Notes: generated by a model not told the origin, from the letters alone. A stretch of 64,000 nucleotides of DNA from an uncultured Acidobacteriaceae bacterium (GCA_963733325.1 CAVTCT010000006.1:141744-205743); one strand, 5' to 3'; shown: positions 19,582 to 31,944, counted from the stretch's first letter. A program made the numbers and translations.

Positions 19582-19607
19582 AAAGGCCTCCCGCGCGGGA
19601 GGCCTTT
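19582..19607. terminator. intrinsic terminator hairpin, probably bidirectional
   Basis: AAAGGCCTCCCG-CG-CGGGAGGCCTTT between convergent genes. Confidence 0.75.
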
Positions 19608-19654
19608 ATGTTCTCGGTCAACAGCTTGCTGCAGCAATCTCCAACAATAGTTGA

Positions 19655-21269
19655 TTATTTCGCAATCGGCACCCGCAAATCGCCGCCGGTCATTTCCTTC
19701 GGCAGCCCAAGCTTCAGCAGGTTCAGCAGCGTCGGCGAAATGTCGCGCAGCGAGCCGTCGGGGCGCAGGCGATAGTGGCTGGCGTCTTCGCTGACGTAAA
19801 TCATCGGCACCGGATTGGTGGTGTGCGCGGTGTGCGGGCCGCCGGTCACCGGGTCAACCATCAGTTCAGCATTGCCGTGGTCGGCGGTGATCAGCCAGCT
19901 TCCATTCTTTTCCTTGATGGCCTTGTAGATGCGGCCGAGCTGCGCGTCGACGGCTTCGCAGGCTCTGATCGTCGGCTCCAGTTTGCCGGAGTGGCCGACC
20001 ATGTCGGCATTGGCGAAGTTCGCGACGACCAGGTCGAACGCCGTGTCGTTGATGGCCTTCACGATGGTGTCGCCGATCGCCTCGGCCTTCATCTCCGGCG
20101 CGAGATCGTAGGTGGCAACTTTCAGCGAAGGAATCAGCGTGCGATCTTCGCCGGGGAAGGGCGTTTCGATGCCGCCATTGAAGAAGTAAGTCACGTGCGC
20201 GAACTTTTCCGTCTCGGCCACGCGCAGGTTGCGCAGATTGTGCGCCAGAAAGAATATTCGCCAGGATGTTGTCCATCGACTCCGGCAGAATGACCAGCGG
20301 CAGCTCGTAGAGCTTGTCGTACTGCGTCATGCAGAGGTAGTGCAGGTTCTTCGGAATCTCGCTGCGCGGAATCGTTTCGTCAAGCGACTCCCAGCCTTCG
20401 AGATCGCGTCCGCCCTGCTTGTTCAATCCGCTTTCGCGCGCCAGCACGCGGGTGATCTGCCGCGCGCGGTCGGCGCGGAAGTTGAAGTTGATGCAGACAT
20501 CCTCGTCGCGAATCTGCCCGACCGGCTTGCCTGCGGCGTCGACCACGACAAAGGGAATGAGGAACTCATCGGTCATGCCGTTGTTGTAGCTCTCCTTGAT
20601 GCGCGCCACCGGATCGGGATACGCGCCGCCCTCGGCCTTGCCGTTCACCATGGCGTCAAATGCCTTGCGCTCGCGTTCCCAGCGCTTGTCGCGATCCATC
20701 GCGTAGTAGCGGCCGTTGATGGTGGCCACTTTGCCCACGCCGTACTCGCGCATCTTCTGCTCGAGCTTGGCGATATACCCCGCGCCGGAGTCGGGCGCGG
20801 TGTCGCGGCCATCCATGAATGCGTGCACGAAGACGCGCTGCAGTCCGTACTCGCGCGCCATGCGCAGCAGCGCGTAGAGATGTTCCTGGTGCGAGTGCAC
20901 GCCGCCGTCGGAGACAAGTCCGAACAGATGCAGCTGCGTGCCGCCCTCGCGCGCCCGCTGCATGGCCTGCACGATCGCCGGCTCTTTCGAGAATTGCCCT
21001 GCGGCAATCAGCGCGTCGATGCGCGTGATGTCCATCTGCACAATGCGGCCGGCGCCGATGTTCAGGTGGCCGACTTCGCTGTTGCCCATCTGCCCGTCGG
21101 GCAGGCCGACAAAGTGATCGGAGGCCTGGATCAGCGTGTTGGGAAACTCGCGCAGCAGCTTGTCGTAAGTGGGCTTGCGGGCCAGCGCAATGGCGTTGTT
21201 GGCGGTTTCAGCGCGATAGCCCCATCCGTCGAGGATGGTCAGAACGAGAGGATGATTAGATTTAGGCAC
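19655..21269 (-). CDS. gpmI: 2,3-bisphosphoglycerate-independent phosphoglycerate mutase (frameshift near 20240)
   Basis: [56 protein letters not shown]. Confidence 0.95.
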
Positions 21270-21489
21270 GTATTCAAGCACCTCAGACAGTCAAAACCAG
21301 AATAGCAGCGCGTATTGGCGCACATTGTGGTCGAGGTCACATGAGAGACGTCAGTCCTTTGAGTTGAATCGCCTTCAGCTTTCGAAGTTCGCTTTCCATG
21401 AGCCAGCCTTAAGGCGCACAGTCTCGCTCCAACGGTGTGCTAGACTCCTTGTCATTCGCATGTGACTTCCCCTTCCGGAGCCCCAGACC

Positions 21490-22404
21490 ATGTCACAAGT
21501 TACTGCAGAAACCGATACCGCATCCTTGCCGCAACTGGGAGCAATTGATAAGTTCAAAATCATTGCAAAGAGCACAGCGAAGCGTGGCATCGATGTGTAT
21601 TTCGCGTCGAAGGTGGCCGTTTTGCGAGCTATGGGAGTGGTGGATTTTCCGGTCCCGCCGAATTCCAGGTTGCGCCGCACGTCGAGTCTTACGCTCCGGC
21701 ATTACTATGAGTCGGGCCTCACCACGATGATGCCCATCCTGACCGCCGCGCGGATGTTCGGAGCGGATTTGGATCAACCTCTGAACGTTCTTGATTTTGG
21801 CTGCGGTGTCGCACGCCAATTACTGCAACTCACACGAAACTATCCGAACGTCAAAGCCTTCGCATGCGATGCAAATCCGGACAACATAAAGCACGTGCGG
21901 AACGCGTTTCCGAAGGTGGACGTGTACGCCAATGCGTTCGATCCTCCTCTCTGGTATGAAGACGATACTTTCGATCTCGTGTACTCGGTGTCGACGTTTT
22001 CTCACTTTTCTCCTGATGATGCGCGGCTCTGGCTGCGCGAACTGCGCCGAGTCACAAAACCAAATGGGCTGCTTTGCCTGACGGTCAACAGTACGACATC
22101 GATCGATTGGGTCCACCGCCGGGGCTTGCAACTCGATTACACAAAAGAGAAGCTGCTGCAGGATGGCTATTGGTTCCAAGTTGACGCGGCTGCATGGCAC
22201 AAGAGGAAGGCGGAGGATGCCGTAACCACATTCGGCTCAGGCACTGTTGCGGAACCGCGTCCAACTGGAAACATGTACTACTCGCCGCAGTATGCGAAAG
22301 AGTTTTTCGAAGCCGCTGGATTGGAGTTCCTTGCATTAGCACCCGGAGTCATTGACCGCATGCAGGATCTGGTCGTCAGCCGCAAATCTGAAGCGACGAG
22401 CTGA
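21490..22404 (+). CDS. class I SAM-dependent methyltransferase
   Basis: VLDFGCGVAR, FDLVYSVSTFSH, LRRVTKPNG. Confidence 0.85.
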   Translation: MSQVTAETDTASLPQLGAIDKFKIIAKSTAKRGIDVYFASKVAVLRAMGVVDFPVPPNSRLRRTSSLTLRHYYESGLTTMMPILTAARMFGADLDQPLNVLDFGCGVARQLLQLTRNYPNVKAFACDANPDNIKHVRNAFPKVDVYANAFDPPLWYEDDTFDLVYSVSTFSHFSPDDARLWLRELRRVTKPNGLLCLTVNSTTSIDWVHRRGLQLDYTKEKLLQDGYWFQVDAAAWHKRKAEDAVTTFGSGTVAEPRPTGNMYYSPQYAKEFFEAAGLEFLALAPGVIDRMQDLVVSRKSEATS

Positions 22405-22465
22405 TCCGCTTCAGTTGAGATGAAGAGCAAGCGAACAGAACTGGATATATTAGAAACGATCAGAA

Positions 22466-22499
22466 ACAGCTAGCCCTCGCCGAAGCGAGGGCTAGCTGT
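22466..22499. terminator. intrinsic terminator hairpin downstream of eno
   Basis: 15-bp perfect stem ACAGCTAGCCCTCGC/GCGAGGGCTAGCTGT, UUCG loop on the minus strand. Confidence 0.8.
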
Positions 22500-22520
22500 C
22501 TTTCCAGAATCAGTACGAAA

Positions 22521-24024
<1,504 letters not shown>

Positions 24025-24271
24025 TCACACCGGCAATCGATTGCAGCCACGCAGGATGCTGCGGCGGGTTATCTCAGTTGATTCGTAACGCGCAAAGACA
24101 CCCACGGCCGCGCGATGTGCTCCGCCGGTAAAGGCCGCAGGCTAGCATTAGTTTGGGTGAAGTAGGCGCCGGAACAATTTCTACGCGTCGCTCCCAGAAA
24201 CATTTTCAGGCAGGCTGGGTCTAAGTACGCAAGGGGAGCACGCCTGCTTCAAAAGAACAGGGAGAATTTGG

Positions 24272-25219
24272 ATGAACCGGCCGATTCTTGCATTTGCATT
24301 CTTTGCGTTGGCGACCACGGCACTCATGGCCCAGGACCAAAGCCAGTCCAGCCCGTATCAGGGGACCTCCAACCCTCCTCCAGACGACACCATCATCACC
24401 AGTGAGCAACAGCCGCCCATTCCGAAGCCGCCCGCCGGCCATCCCGTGCAGCAGGCTCCCGCGGCTCAAACTGCGCCCATGCAACAGACTCCGCAGGCGA
24501 TGGCCGCCCGACGGGACGCAGGCCCCGTTCCGCAAACCTATGGCGACGGAACTGATGAAGGCATCGTCGGCGTCGCGCCTTCGGCTCCGGGACTCGTGAC
24601 GCGAGCCGCATCTGTCGATCCCGACAGCGACATCGTGCACCCTGCCGCGCTTCCTCCTGGAACACTGGGCGAAGGAACGCTGATCAGAATTCGCCTGCTA
24701 AATGAAGTCTCAAGCTCCTTTGCCGAGCAGGGAGAGCCTTTCCGCAGCCGGGTTGCAAGCGATGTCCTGCAGGACGGCCAGGTCGTCATCCCCGCCGGCG
24801 CGGAGATTGATGGCAGAGTCGCCGAAGTTTCGACCGGCCACTTCGGCGGACACGGCTCCATCCTGCTTCAGCCCGAGACCGTCACGCTGGAGAACGGCAG
24901 CAAATTCCAATTGCATGCAGTTATCAACTCCACTCCCGGATCGAACCTGAAAGTCGGCCCCGAGGGAATCATCACACCCGGCTCGCGGCTCAGGAAGGAC
25001 GGCTATGAATATGCCGGCATCGGCGGTGGTGGAATGGTCGTCGGCGCAATGCTTGGCGGCCCCCCTGGAATGCTCGCAGGCGGCATCATCGGCGCCGGAG
25101 TTGTAACGACACATTTGTTGGTCAGCCATCCGCAAGCTAATCTCGCTTCAGGGTCGTACCTGATGCTCACACTCACTGAGCAGGTCCAGCTCGTACCCGC
25201 AAGCTCACAGGGAAACTAA
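24272..25219 (+). CDS. exported protein: Pro/Gln-rich linker, TrbI/VirB10-like beta domain, Gly-rich C-terminal helices
   Basis: Signal peptide; GTLIRIRL..VVIPAGAEIDGRV; glycine-zipper-like tail. Confidence 0.65.
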   Translation: MNRPILAFAFFALATTALMAQDQSQSSPYQGTSNPPPDDTIITSEQQPPIPKPPAGHPVQQAPAAQTAPMQQTPQAMAARRDAGPVPQTYGDGTDEGIVGVAPSAPGLVTRAASVDPDSDIVHPAALPPGTLGEGTLIRIRLLNEVSSSFAEQGEPFRSRVASDVLQDGQVVIPAGAEIDGRVAEVSTGHFGGHGSILLQPETVTLENGSKFQLHAVINSTPGSNLKVGPEGIITPGSRLRKDGYEYAGIGGGGMVVGAMLGGPPGMLAGGIIGAGVVTTHLLVSHPQANLASGSYLMLTLTEQVQLVPASSQGN

Positions 25220-25248
25220 CTTCTTCCGGGGGTAAAAGGGGTGAACTT

Positions 25249-25282
25249 GCGGCGCGACATTAGTCGCGCCGCTTTTGTTTTT
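25249..25282 (+). terminator. intrinsic terminator
   Basis: GCGGCGCGAC-ATTA-GTCGCGCCGC followed by TTTTGTTTTT. Confidence 0.8.
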
Positions 25283-25425
25283 GCAGTTAGAAAAAACGAA
25301 CCCAACCACGTATGGGTCAAGGCACAACTCCCTTTGCATCCGACATCGAAGTAGATTCACAGGGCTTGGTCGCCTGATACCGTGCCCCAGCCTGTTAAAC
25401 TCCCATTTGCCTGGGAGGTTCTCAC

Positions 25426-26282
25426 GTGGGGGAAATCCAGAAAGTCGCCGTAATTGGCGCAGGAACAATGGGTTCCGGCATCGCGCATGTATTTGCCCGT
25501 TCCGGCTTCCCCGTCACGCTCTGCGATGTCGAGCAACGCTTTCTTGACCGCGCCATCGGCTCCATCCGAACAAATCTTGGTCGCGAAGCCGCCAAGGGCA
25601 AGCTTGCCGAGGCCGATGTCGAATCAGCCCTCGACCGCATCACCACCACCGTTGACATGGAATCGCTCGACGCCATGGGGCTTGCTGTCGAGGCTGCGCC
25701 CGAGCGCTTTGAACTGAAGGCTCAGGTCTTCACGGCCCTCGATCGCATCCTTCCGCCATCGGCGATCCTCGCCACAAACACTTCCTCCATCTCGATCACA
25801 AAATGGCTGCACTCACCAAACGGCCCGCGCAAGTGATCGGTATGCACTTCTTCAATCCCGTGCCCGTCATGGCGCTCGTCGAAGTCGTACGCGGCATGGC
25901 CACCAGCGACACAACGTTCGCCACTGTCCGAGATCTGTCGATCAAACTCGGCAAAACGCCGGTAGAGGTGAACGACGCACCCGGCTTCGTCTCCAACCGC
26001 GTCCTGATGCCGCTAATCAACGAAGCGGCCTTCGCCGTGATGGAAGGCGTCGCCACCCCCGAAGCCGTCGATCAGGTGTTCAAGCTCGGCATGGCGCACC
26101 CCATGGGTCCCCTAACGCTGGCCGACTTCATTGGCATCGATGTCTGCGTGGATATTCTTCGCGTGCTGCAGGATGGCTTCGGCGACCCGAAGTACCGCCC
26201 CTGTCCGCTCCTGGTCCGCATGGTCGACGCCGGCTGGCTCGGCCGCAAATCCGGCCGCGGCTTCTACACCTACGAGAAATGA
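25426..26282 (+). CDS. 3-hydroxybutyryl-CoA dehydrogenase (frameshift near 25803)
   Basis: [45 protein letters not shown]. Confidence 0.92.
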
Positions 26283-26362
26283 GTTTTTAAAAGCACGGCT
26301 TTAGTTCCTGAGGTTAAGACCTCTCGCCGACCTTCCGGCTCTCTTGGACATGAGGATTCAGA

Positions 26363-27523
26363 ATGCAAATGAACGACGGAACCAAAATCATGGCGAGCTG
26401 TTTGCACCTTGGCCTTATCGTGTGTTTGCTTTCATCTCCTGGATCGGCCCAAACTCCCTCAGTCGCTTCGGCGCAGCCACAAACGCATCCTCCCATTCCG
26501 ACCCGCGATCCGCACACCCCCGGCTACGTTTCCGCGACTCAGTTACCCGACGGCGCCGTACCGCCGTCAAACGCGGATGGCAACTTCATCATCGGACCAA
26601 CGCACGAGCCCTCGTCAGATATTCCAGCCCAGGATTTCGCGATCTGGGGCGAAATTGACTTCACCATGGAGTCAAAGGACAGCAAATATTTCCCGGGCAT
26701 CGCACGTGATAAAGGAACCTTTGGAACACCTGATCCCAACGACCCTGCAAAGCTGGTTATAACAACAAGTCATCCCGCACCCTACACGCGCAAGGTTGCG
26801 GTGTATGTGCCGAAGCAGTATGTGCCCGGTACCGAGGCTCCCTTCATCGTCGGAGCGGACGGACCGGATCACCTTCTATTCGGAGTTCTCGACAAAATGA
26901 TTTCCGAACACAAGTTGCCGGTCATGATCGCCATCTCTATCGGCAACGGCAGCGGCGACGCGCAGGGCAGCGAACGCGGCCTCGAGTACGACACCATGTC
27001 CGGCCGCTATGCCGAGTTCGTCGAAAACGAAGTTCTCCCGCGCGTCGAGAGCGAGGCGCATGTCAAGCTGACGCACGATCCCGACGGACGCGCGACCATG
27101 GGAGGCAGCTCAGGCGGCTCTTGCGCATTGATTATGGCCTGGTACCACCCCGAGCTTTATCACCGCGTGCTCACCTACTCCGGAACCTACGTAAACCAGC
27201 AATGGCCATACGACGTGAAGACTCCCCATGGCGCGTGGGAATTTCACGAGCATCTGATTCCCGAAAGCAAGCGCATGCCGATACGCCTGTGGATGGAAGT
27301 CGGCGACCGCGATCTCTTCAATCCCAACGTGATGCACGACGGTATGCATGATTGGGTCGAAGCCAACGAGCGCATGGCAAAAGTGCTTGCGGCAAGAAAA
27401 TATCACTACCAGTTCGTCTTTGCGGTGAACGCCGGACACGTCGATCGCGCAGTAAAAGAACAAACATTGCCCGAAGCGCTCGAATACGTGTGGCTTGGGT
27501 ACAAGGCAAAAGGTGAAAAATAG
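26363..27523 (+). CDS. exported esterase (enterochelin-esterase-like alpha/beta hydrolase)
   Basis: VYVPKQY, ERGLEYD, GGSSGG nucleophile elbow, signal peptide. Confidence 0.8.
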   Translation: MQMNDGTKIMASCLHLGLIVCLLSSPGSAQTPSVASAQPQTHPPIPTRDPHTPGYVSATQLPDGAVPPSNADGNFIIGPTHEPSSDIPAQDFAIWGEIDFTMESKDSKYFPGIARDKGTFGTPDPNDPAKLVITTSHPAPYTRKVAVYVPKQYVPGTEAPFIVGADGPDHLLFGVLDKMISEHKLPVMIAISIGNGSGDAQGSERGLEYDTMSGRYAEFVENEVLPRVESEAHVKLTHDPDGRATMGGSSGGSCALIMAWYHPELYHRVLTYSGTYVNQQWPYDVKTPHGAWEFHEHLIPESKRMPIRLWMEVGDRDLFNPNVMHDGMHDWVEANERMAKVLAARKYHYQFVFAVNAGHVDRAVKEQTLPEALEYVWLGYKAKGEK

Positions 27524-27718
27524 CGGACATTCCTGAGAAGGGCCTTCAGCCGATCACATTCAGGGCTCGCCCATCTATCATCGGGATCTGCGGAGCGGTC
27601 ACAATCGAGGCTGCGTGATTCGCCGTTCACCCGCCTGCCATACCGGTTCGCAACAGTTCTTAACAGGGTTCCACTGGGGTATGGGCTATCCTGAACTTGC
27701 ATAAGCCGGAGGTTCTGG

Positions 27719-29164
27719 ATGCTCTCCCCTACCTTGACCACGCCAGCCTGTCCGACACCTGCCGAAACCATCGCTGCCGCACTTGATCGCGTGGGTCCGC
27801 TGCAGGGACTCCCATTTGAAGATCGCCTCTGGCTCGCGCAGAACGGCGAAGAGGTCGTTGCCCAGCCGGGCGACATCCTGTTTGAAGAAGGCCAGCCTGC
27901 CGACCGGATGATCCTGATCCTCAAAGGTGAGATTCACGTGCGTCGCCAGCGCGGCGGTCCGATGGAGCTCTTTATTGGCCGCGCCGGACAAATGACCGGC
28001 CTGCTTCCCTACTCGCGCATGAAGATGTCGGGCGGCCAGGGTTTCGCCGTCACGCCCGTCTGGGCGCTCCTGGTCATGAAAGAGAAGTTTCCGGAGATGC
28101 TCGCGGCCATTCCGTCCATGACCCAGCGCGTCGTCTCCACTCTGCTTGATCGCGTGCGCGAGGTCACCCGCATCGAGCAGCAGGCGGAAAAGCTGAGCGC
28201 TCTGGGCAAGCTCGCCGGGAACCTCGCTCATGAGCTGAACAATCCAGCGTCTGCCGCACAGCGGTCTGCGTCGAGTCTCGTCATGGAACTCCGCTCGAAC
28301 CGCGAAAATCGCTTCAAGCTTGTGAACCTCTGCCTGAGCGAACAACAGATTCTCGGCGTTGAAGACTGGGAACAAAAGATTATGAGTCGCTCCCCGCGGC
28401 ATGATCCGCGCGATACCGGCGAGCAGATTCAGCTCGAAGAAGATCTGCGCAACTGGCTCACCGACCTTCCGTGCGACGGCGCCTGGGAGGTGGCCACGCA
28501 GCTTGCTGAACAGCGGGCCACAGTTAGCGATCTCGAGGAACTGCGGGAGCTCATCGGCTCCAGCGAAACATGCGTTTCGCTGCAATACTTCGCACGCTAC
28601 CTGAGGTCTACCCGGTCCGTTGATACCTTGCTGAATTCGACGGCCCGCATCTTTGACCTGATCAGCGCGGTCAAGGCCTACTCCTACATGGATCGCGCAC
28701 CGATTCTCGAAGTCGATGTGCCGGCCGGTCTCGATGCGACGATTCAGATGCTCCAGTCGCGCATGAAAGACGTGGAGATCGAGCGCAATTACGAGCCCGA
28801 TCTGCCTCGCATCAGCGCCTACGGCAGCGAGCTGAACCAGGTTTGGACAGCGCTCATCGAAAACGCTCTCGACGCACTTGAGGAAACCGGACACAGCGGA
28901 AAACTAAAGCTGACCTGCCGCCTTGAAGGCGAGATGATGCTGGTGGAGATCTGGGATACGGGGCCGGGAATTCCGCCGGAATTGCAGGACCGCATCTTCG
29001 AGCCCTTTTTCACCACCAAGGCGCCCGGCCAGGGACTCGGCCTCGGCCTCGACAATGCAATGCGCGTCGTGCGGAAGCATCGCGGACATCTAAGCGTGCG
29101 ATCCGATCCAGGTTCCACCTGCTTCCGGGTGCGTCTGCCGCTCGACCAGTTGCAGGCATACTGA
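27719..29164 (+). CDS. cNMP-binding-domain sensor histidine kinase
   Basis: N-terminal GDILFEEGQPAD; LAHELNNP, ELNQVWTALIENA, DTGPGIP, FEPFFTTK, GLGLGL. Confidence 0.92.
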   Translation: MLSPTLTTPACPTPAETIAAALDRVGPLQGLPFEDRLWLAQNGEEVVAQPGDILFEEGQPADRMILILKGEIHVRRQRGGPMELFIGRAGQMTGLLPYSRMKMSGGQGFAVTPVWALLVMKEKFPEMLAAIPSMTQRVVSTLLDRVREVTRIEQQAEKLSALGKLAGNLAHELNNPASAAQRSASSLVMELRSNRENRFKLVNLCLSEQQILGVEDWEQKIMSRSPRHDPRDTGEQIQLEEDLRNWLTDLPCDGAWEVATQLAEQRATVSDLEELRELIGSSETCVSLQYFARYLRSTRSVDTLLNSTARIFDLISAVKAYSYMDRAPILEVDVPAGLDATIQMLQSRMKDVEIERNYEPDLPRISAYGSELNQVWTALIENALDALEETGHSGKLKLTCRLEGEMMLVEIWDTGPGIPPELQDRIFEPFFTTKAPGQGLGLGLDNAMRVVRKHRGHLSVRSDPGSTCFRVRLPLDQLQAY

Positions 29165-29217
29165 CGTCACGTTTTTCCATCCCCATTCTGCTCGGCAAAA
29201 GACCATAGGAGGACTCC

Positions 29218-29637
29218 ATGGCAGCTTCCGTGTCTAGCGAAAAGAAACAGGAAACAACGATCACAACTCTTCTGAATGTGCGCCGCGGTGCCGCGGCAAT
29301 CGACTTCTACACTCGCGCATTCGGAGCGACGACCTTATCTCGAACGGATAGCGAAGACGGAAACGTTATAGCCCACCTCGCCGTGGGTGAGGGCGACTTC
29401 TGGCTGGCTGATGAATCCCTTCCGCACCAGAACTTCAGTCCGGAGTCGCTCGGCGGCAGCAGCATGCGCATGGTGCTGCTGGTAGACGATCCGCACGCCG
29501 CCTTCGATCAGGCGATCGCTGCCGGAGCATCTTCGATCTGCCCGGTGAGGGACGAATCCTACGGCTGGCGCATCGGTCGCGTAGTCGATCCCTTCGGGCA
29601 CCACTGGGAGATCGGCAAACCTTTGTTGGAGGGTTGA
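29218..29637 (+). CDS. VOC family protein (PhnB-like)
   Basis: AAIDFYTRAFGA..YGWRIGRVVDPFGHHW. Confidence 0.85.
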   Translation: MAASVSSEKKQETTITTLLNVRRGAAAIDFYTRAFGATTLSRTDSEDGNVIAHLAVGEGDFWLADESLPHQNFSPESLGGSSMRMVLLVDDPHAAFDQAIAAGASSICPVRDESYGWRIGRVVDPFGHHWEIGKPLLEG

Positions 29638-30203
29638 TGGAACTGGAAGGCAAAGCCCTGAAGGCCTCGGAGAGTATCGAGACGGAGCGGCTGCTCTTGC
29701 GCAGACCGAAACCCAGCGACGCGCAGGCGGTATTTCATCGCTATGCCTCCGATCGCGAAGTAACGCAATATCTCAGCTGGCCCACCCATCGCAGCGTAGC
29801 CGACACACTGGCGTTTTTGGCGATGTGCGACGACGAATGGCGTCGCTGGCCCGCCGGCCCCTACCTCGTGTTGACGCGCGACAACGGCAAAAACGGATCG
29901 TTGGTGGGAAGCACCGGCCTCTTCTACAAGGGCCCCGCCCGAGCCGTCACTGGCTATGCCTTCGCAAAGGACGCATGGGGACTGGGATACGCAACCGAAG
30001 CCCTGCAAGCGATGGTGGATGTGGCCCGGCAGACTCGCGTCGAGCGGCTCGAAGCAATCTGCCATGCAGAGCACACGCCCTCAGCCAATGTGCTCGAGAA
30101 GTGCGGCTTCACCCGCGAAGAACTCCATCGCGAGCACTTCGTCTTCCCCAACCTCAAACCGCAGAAGAAGAGCGACGTGTTCAGCTACGTGCTCTGCCTT
30201 TGA
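29637..30203 (+). CDS. GNAT family N-acetyltransferase (RimJ/RimL-like)
   Basis: IETERLLLR, WGLGYATEA, SANVLEKCGF. Confidence 0.88.
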   Translation: MELEGKALKASESIETERLLLRRPKPSDAQAVFHRYASDREVTQYLSWPTHRSVADTLAFLAMCDDEWRRWPAGPYLVLTRDNGKNGSLVGSTGLFYKGPARAVTGYAFAKDAWGLGYATEALQAMVDVARQTRVERLEAICHAEHTPSANVLEKCGFTREELHREHFVFPNLKPQKKSDVFSYVLCL

Positions 30204-30372
30204 GAATAACGAAAGTGACGATCTGCAGTCACCGCGACGAACTGTCGTCATCGTCAGTTCGTCACCGAGACAAGTGTGTGTTTCTCCCGGATTCCTCGCC
30301 GAGCAGCCTAAGTTGATTGCTGACAATTGGGTGCGTCGTGTGGAGTCGTGCTGGATACACTACGCGGCGGTT

Positions 30373-30388
30373 TGGCACGCGTCTTGCA
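30373..30388 (+). promoter_or_regulatory. sigma-54 (-24/-12) promoter
   Basis: TGGCACGCGTCTTGCA matches TGGCACG-N4-TTGCW exactly. Confidence 0.7.
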
Positions 30389-30452
30389 TTTCTGGTGTGC
30401 ATCCCCTTGTGCTGAGCAACGTCAGCCATCAGTTCACACCGAGGAGTGCCCC

Positions 30453-30614
30453 ATGCTTCATCTGGCAATCTCTTGTTCGTCGTATATTGTCTTCTTTATC
30501 ATCAAGGTACTCACACCCACCCAGACACCCAGTTGGCGTCTGCAGGAGAGCAGCCGCCGCGCCGTCCCTCAGCGCCAAGAAAAACAAAGCGAGAACTCCT
30601 CCGCGTTGTGGTAG
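30453..30614 (+). CDS. putative 53-aa small protein with hydrophobic N-terminus
   Basis: GAGGAG SD at 30441-30446, ATG 30453; MLHLAISCSSYIVFFIIKVLTP...SALW. Confidence 0.45.
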   Translation: MLHLAISCSSYIVFFIIKVLTPTQTPSWRLQESSRRAVPQRQEKQSENSSALW

Positions 30615-30669
30615 AAGCTCACCTGTGCCCTCGCGGAGGTCCGCATTGCTTAATCATGCTGGCTGGTTC

Positions 30670-31944
30670 TCAGCGGCTGCGGAGAAGCACGGCGGTTGCA
30701 TCGTCCATGTGTTCGCATCCCCCTGCAAAGAGCTTTACTTCTGCAATGAGGCCGTCGACGCACGCTCCCGGCCTGCAAAAGTGTTCGACCAGACGTGCCG
30801 AGCCATACTCCTCCAACGCGGCATTCTCAGCTTCGGTAATGCCATCGGAGTAAATCAGCACGTGGGTGTCCGCGGACAGGGTCATGGTGCGCTCAGGATA
30901 GGAAGACGGCCCGAGGCCAAGCGGCAAGCCGGTATCCAACTCCAGAAAAGCGGTCTCATGATTGATGATCAGCGGCTGCAGATGGCCGGCGCTGGCGAGC
31001 GTGAGTTGGCGAGAGCGCGCATCCAGCACGCCATAGATCATGGTGACGAACTTCCCTGACGGAAAATCCTCAAACAGCGCGCGATTGAGCTTTTCGAGCG
31101 TTTGCGACGGCGAAGAATGGAGCGGTGCAATCGAACGCAGCAGGGCCCGGGTTGCAGACATCAGCAGTGCCGCAGGCATTCCCTTGCCCGAGACATCGGC
31201 CAGCGCAATCCCATAGCGATCATTGCCAAGATCGATGAAATCAAACCAGTCGCCTGCAACCGATCCGGCTGGATGCCATGCAGTCTCGATGGCAAACCCC
31301 GGTATCAACGGCACCGGCTTGAGAAACAGAGCTTCCTGAATTGCGCGGGCGTCAGCCGACTCCCGCTGCAGGCTTTCGCGCTGCGCACGCTCTCCCTTCA
31401 GAATGCGGGCGTTCTCGATAGCGATGGCAATATGACCTGCGATCGCTTCGAGTACCCTCTGTTGATCGCTTGAAAAAGCGTCGATCTCCTCGTGATCGAT
31501 TAAGAGCACGCCCATCACATTACCCGCTGTCTTGAGCGGAATGGTCATTGAGGAGCGGGTGCCCTCTTCGCATGGGATGTAATAGGGATCGAGACGGACA
31601 TCAGGCGCATAACGCATTTCACCGGTAGCGGCCACATGCCCCACCATGCCCTGTTTGCCAATCTCCAGGCGATTGCCCTTGCAGAACTTGGTGCAGCCTC
31701 GTATTCCTTGCAACACCATTTCATTCTTGTCGTCAGAGCGAAGCCAGACTGCAACTTCCACGTTTCCTATGGAAGAGGCAATCTCATTGACCACCCTATC
31801 GAGGAGTTCTTCAAAATCTAGCGTGGACGCAATGAGATTCGTTGCCCTTTGCAGTTTCATGAGCGTCTGCGTAAAGTCGGCGGACGAGTGGACACGCGCG
31901 GGGAAGAAACCGGTTGCGAGACGGCCTGGGGACACGGTCGCCAT
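30670..31944 (-). CDS. GAF domain + PP2C/SpoIIE (RsbU-like) phosphatase
   Basis: GAF (GMVGHVAATG..PDVRLDPYY); AGDWFD, ADVSGKG, AGH, YSDGITE, DDAT. Confidence 0.92.
   Translation of the reverse strand: MATVSPGRLATGFFPARVHSSADFTQTLMKLQRATNLIASTLDFEELLDRVVNEIASSIGNVEVAVWLRSDDKNEMVLQGIRGCTKFCKGNRLEIGKQGMVGHVAATGEMRYAPDVRLDPYYIPCEEGTRSSMTIPLKTAGNVMGVLLIDHEEIDAFSSDQQRVLEAIAGHIAIAIENARILKGERAQRESLQRESADARAIQEALFLKPVPLIPGFAIETAWHPAGSVAGDWFDFIDLGNDRYGIALADVSGKGMPAALLMSATRALLRSIAPLHSSPSQTLEKLNRALFEDFPSGKFVTMIYGVLDARSRQLTLASAGHLQPLIINHETAFLELDTGLPLGLGPSSYPERTMTLSADTHVLIYSDGITEAENAALEEYGSARLVEHFCRPGACVDGLIAEVKLFAGGCEHMDDATAVLLRSR

Noticed and set aside
26291-26313. GCACGGCTTTAG..CCTGAGG fragment as a REP relic
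   Set aside because: No complementary arm and no second copy in the window.
29956-31059. 367-aa plus-strand ORF
   Set aside because: Overlaps the GNAT and PP2C genes and has non-protein-like composition.
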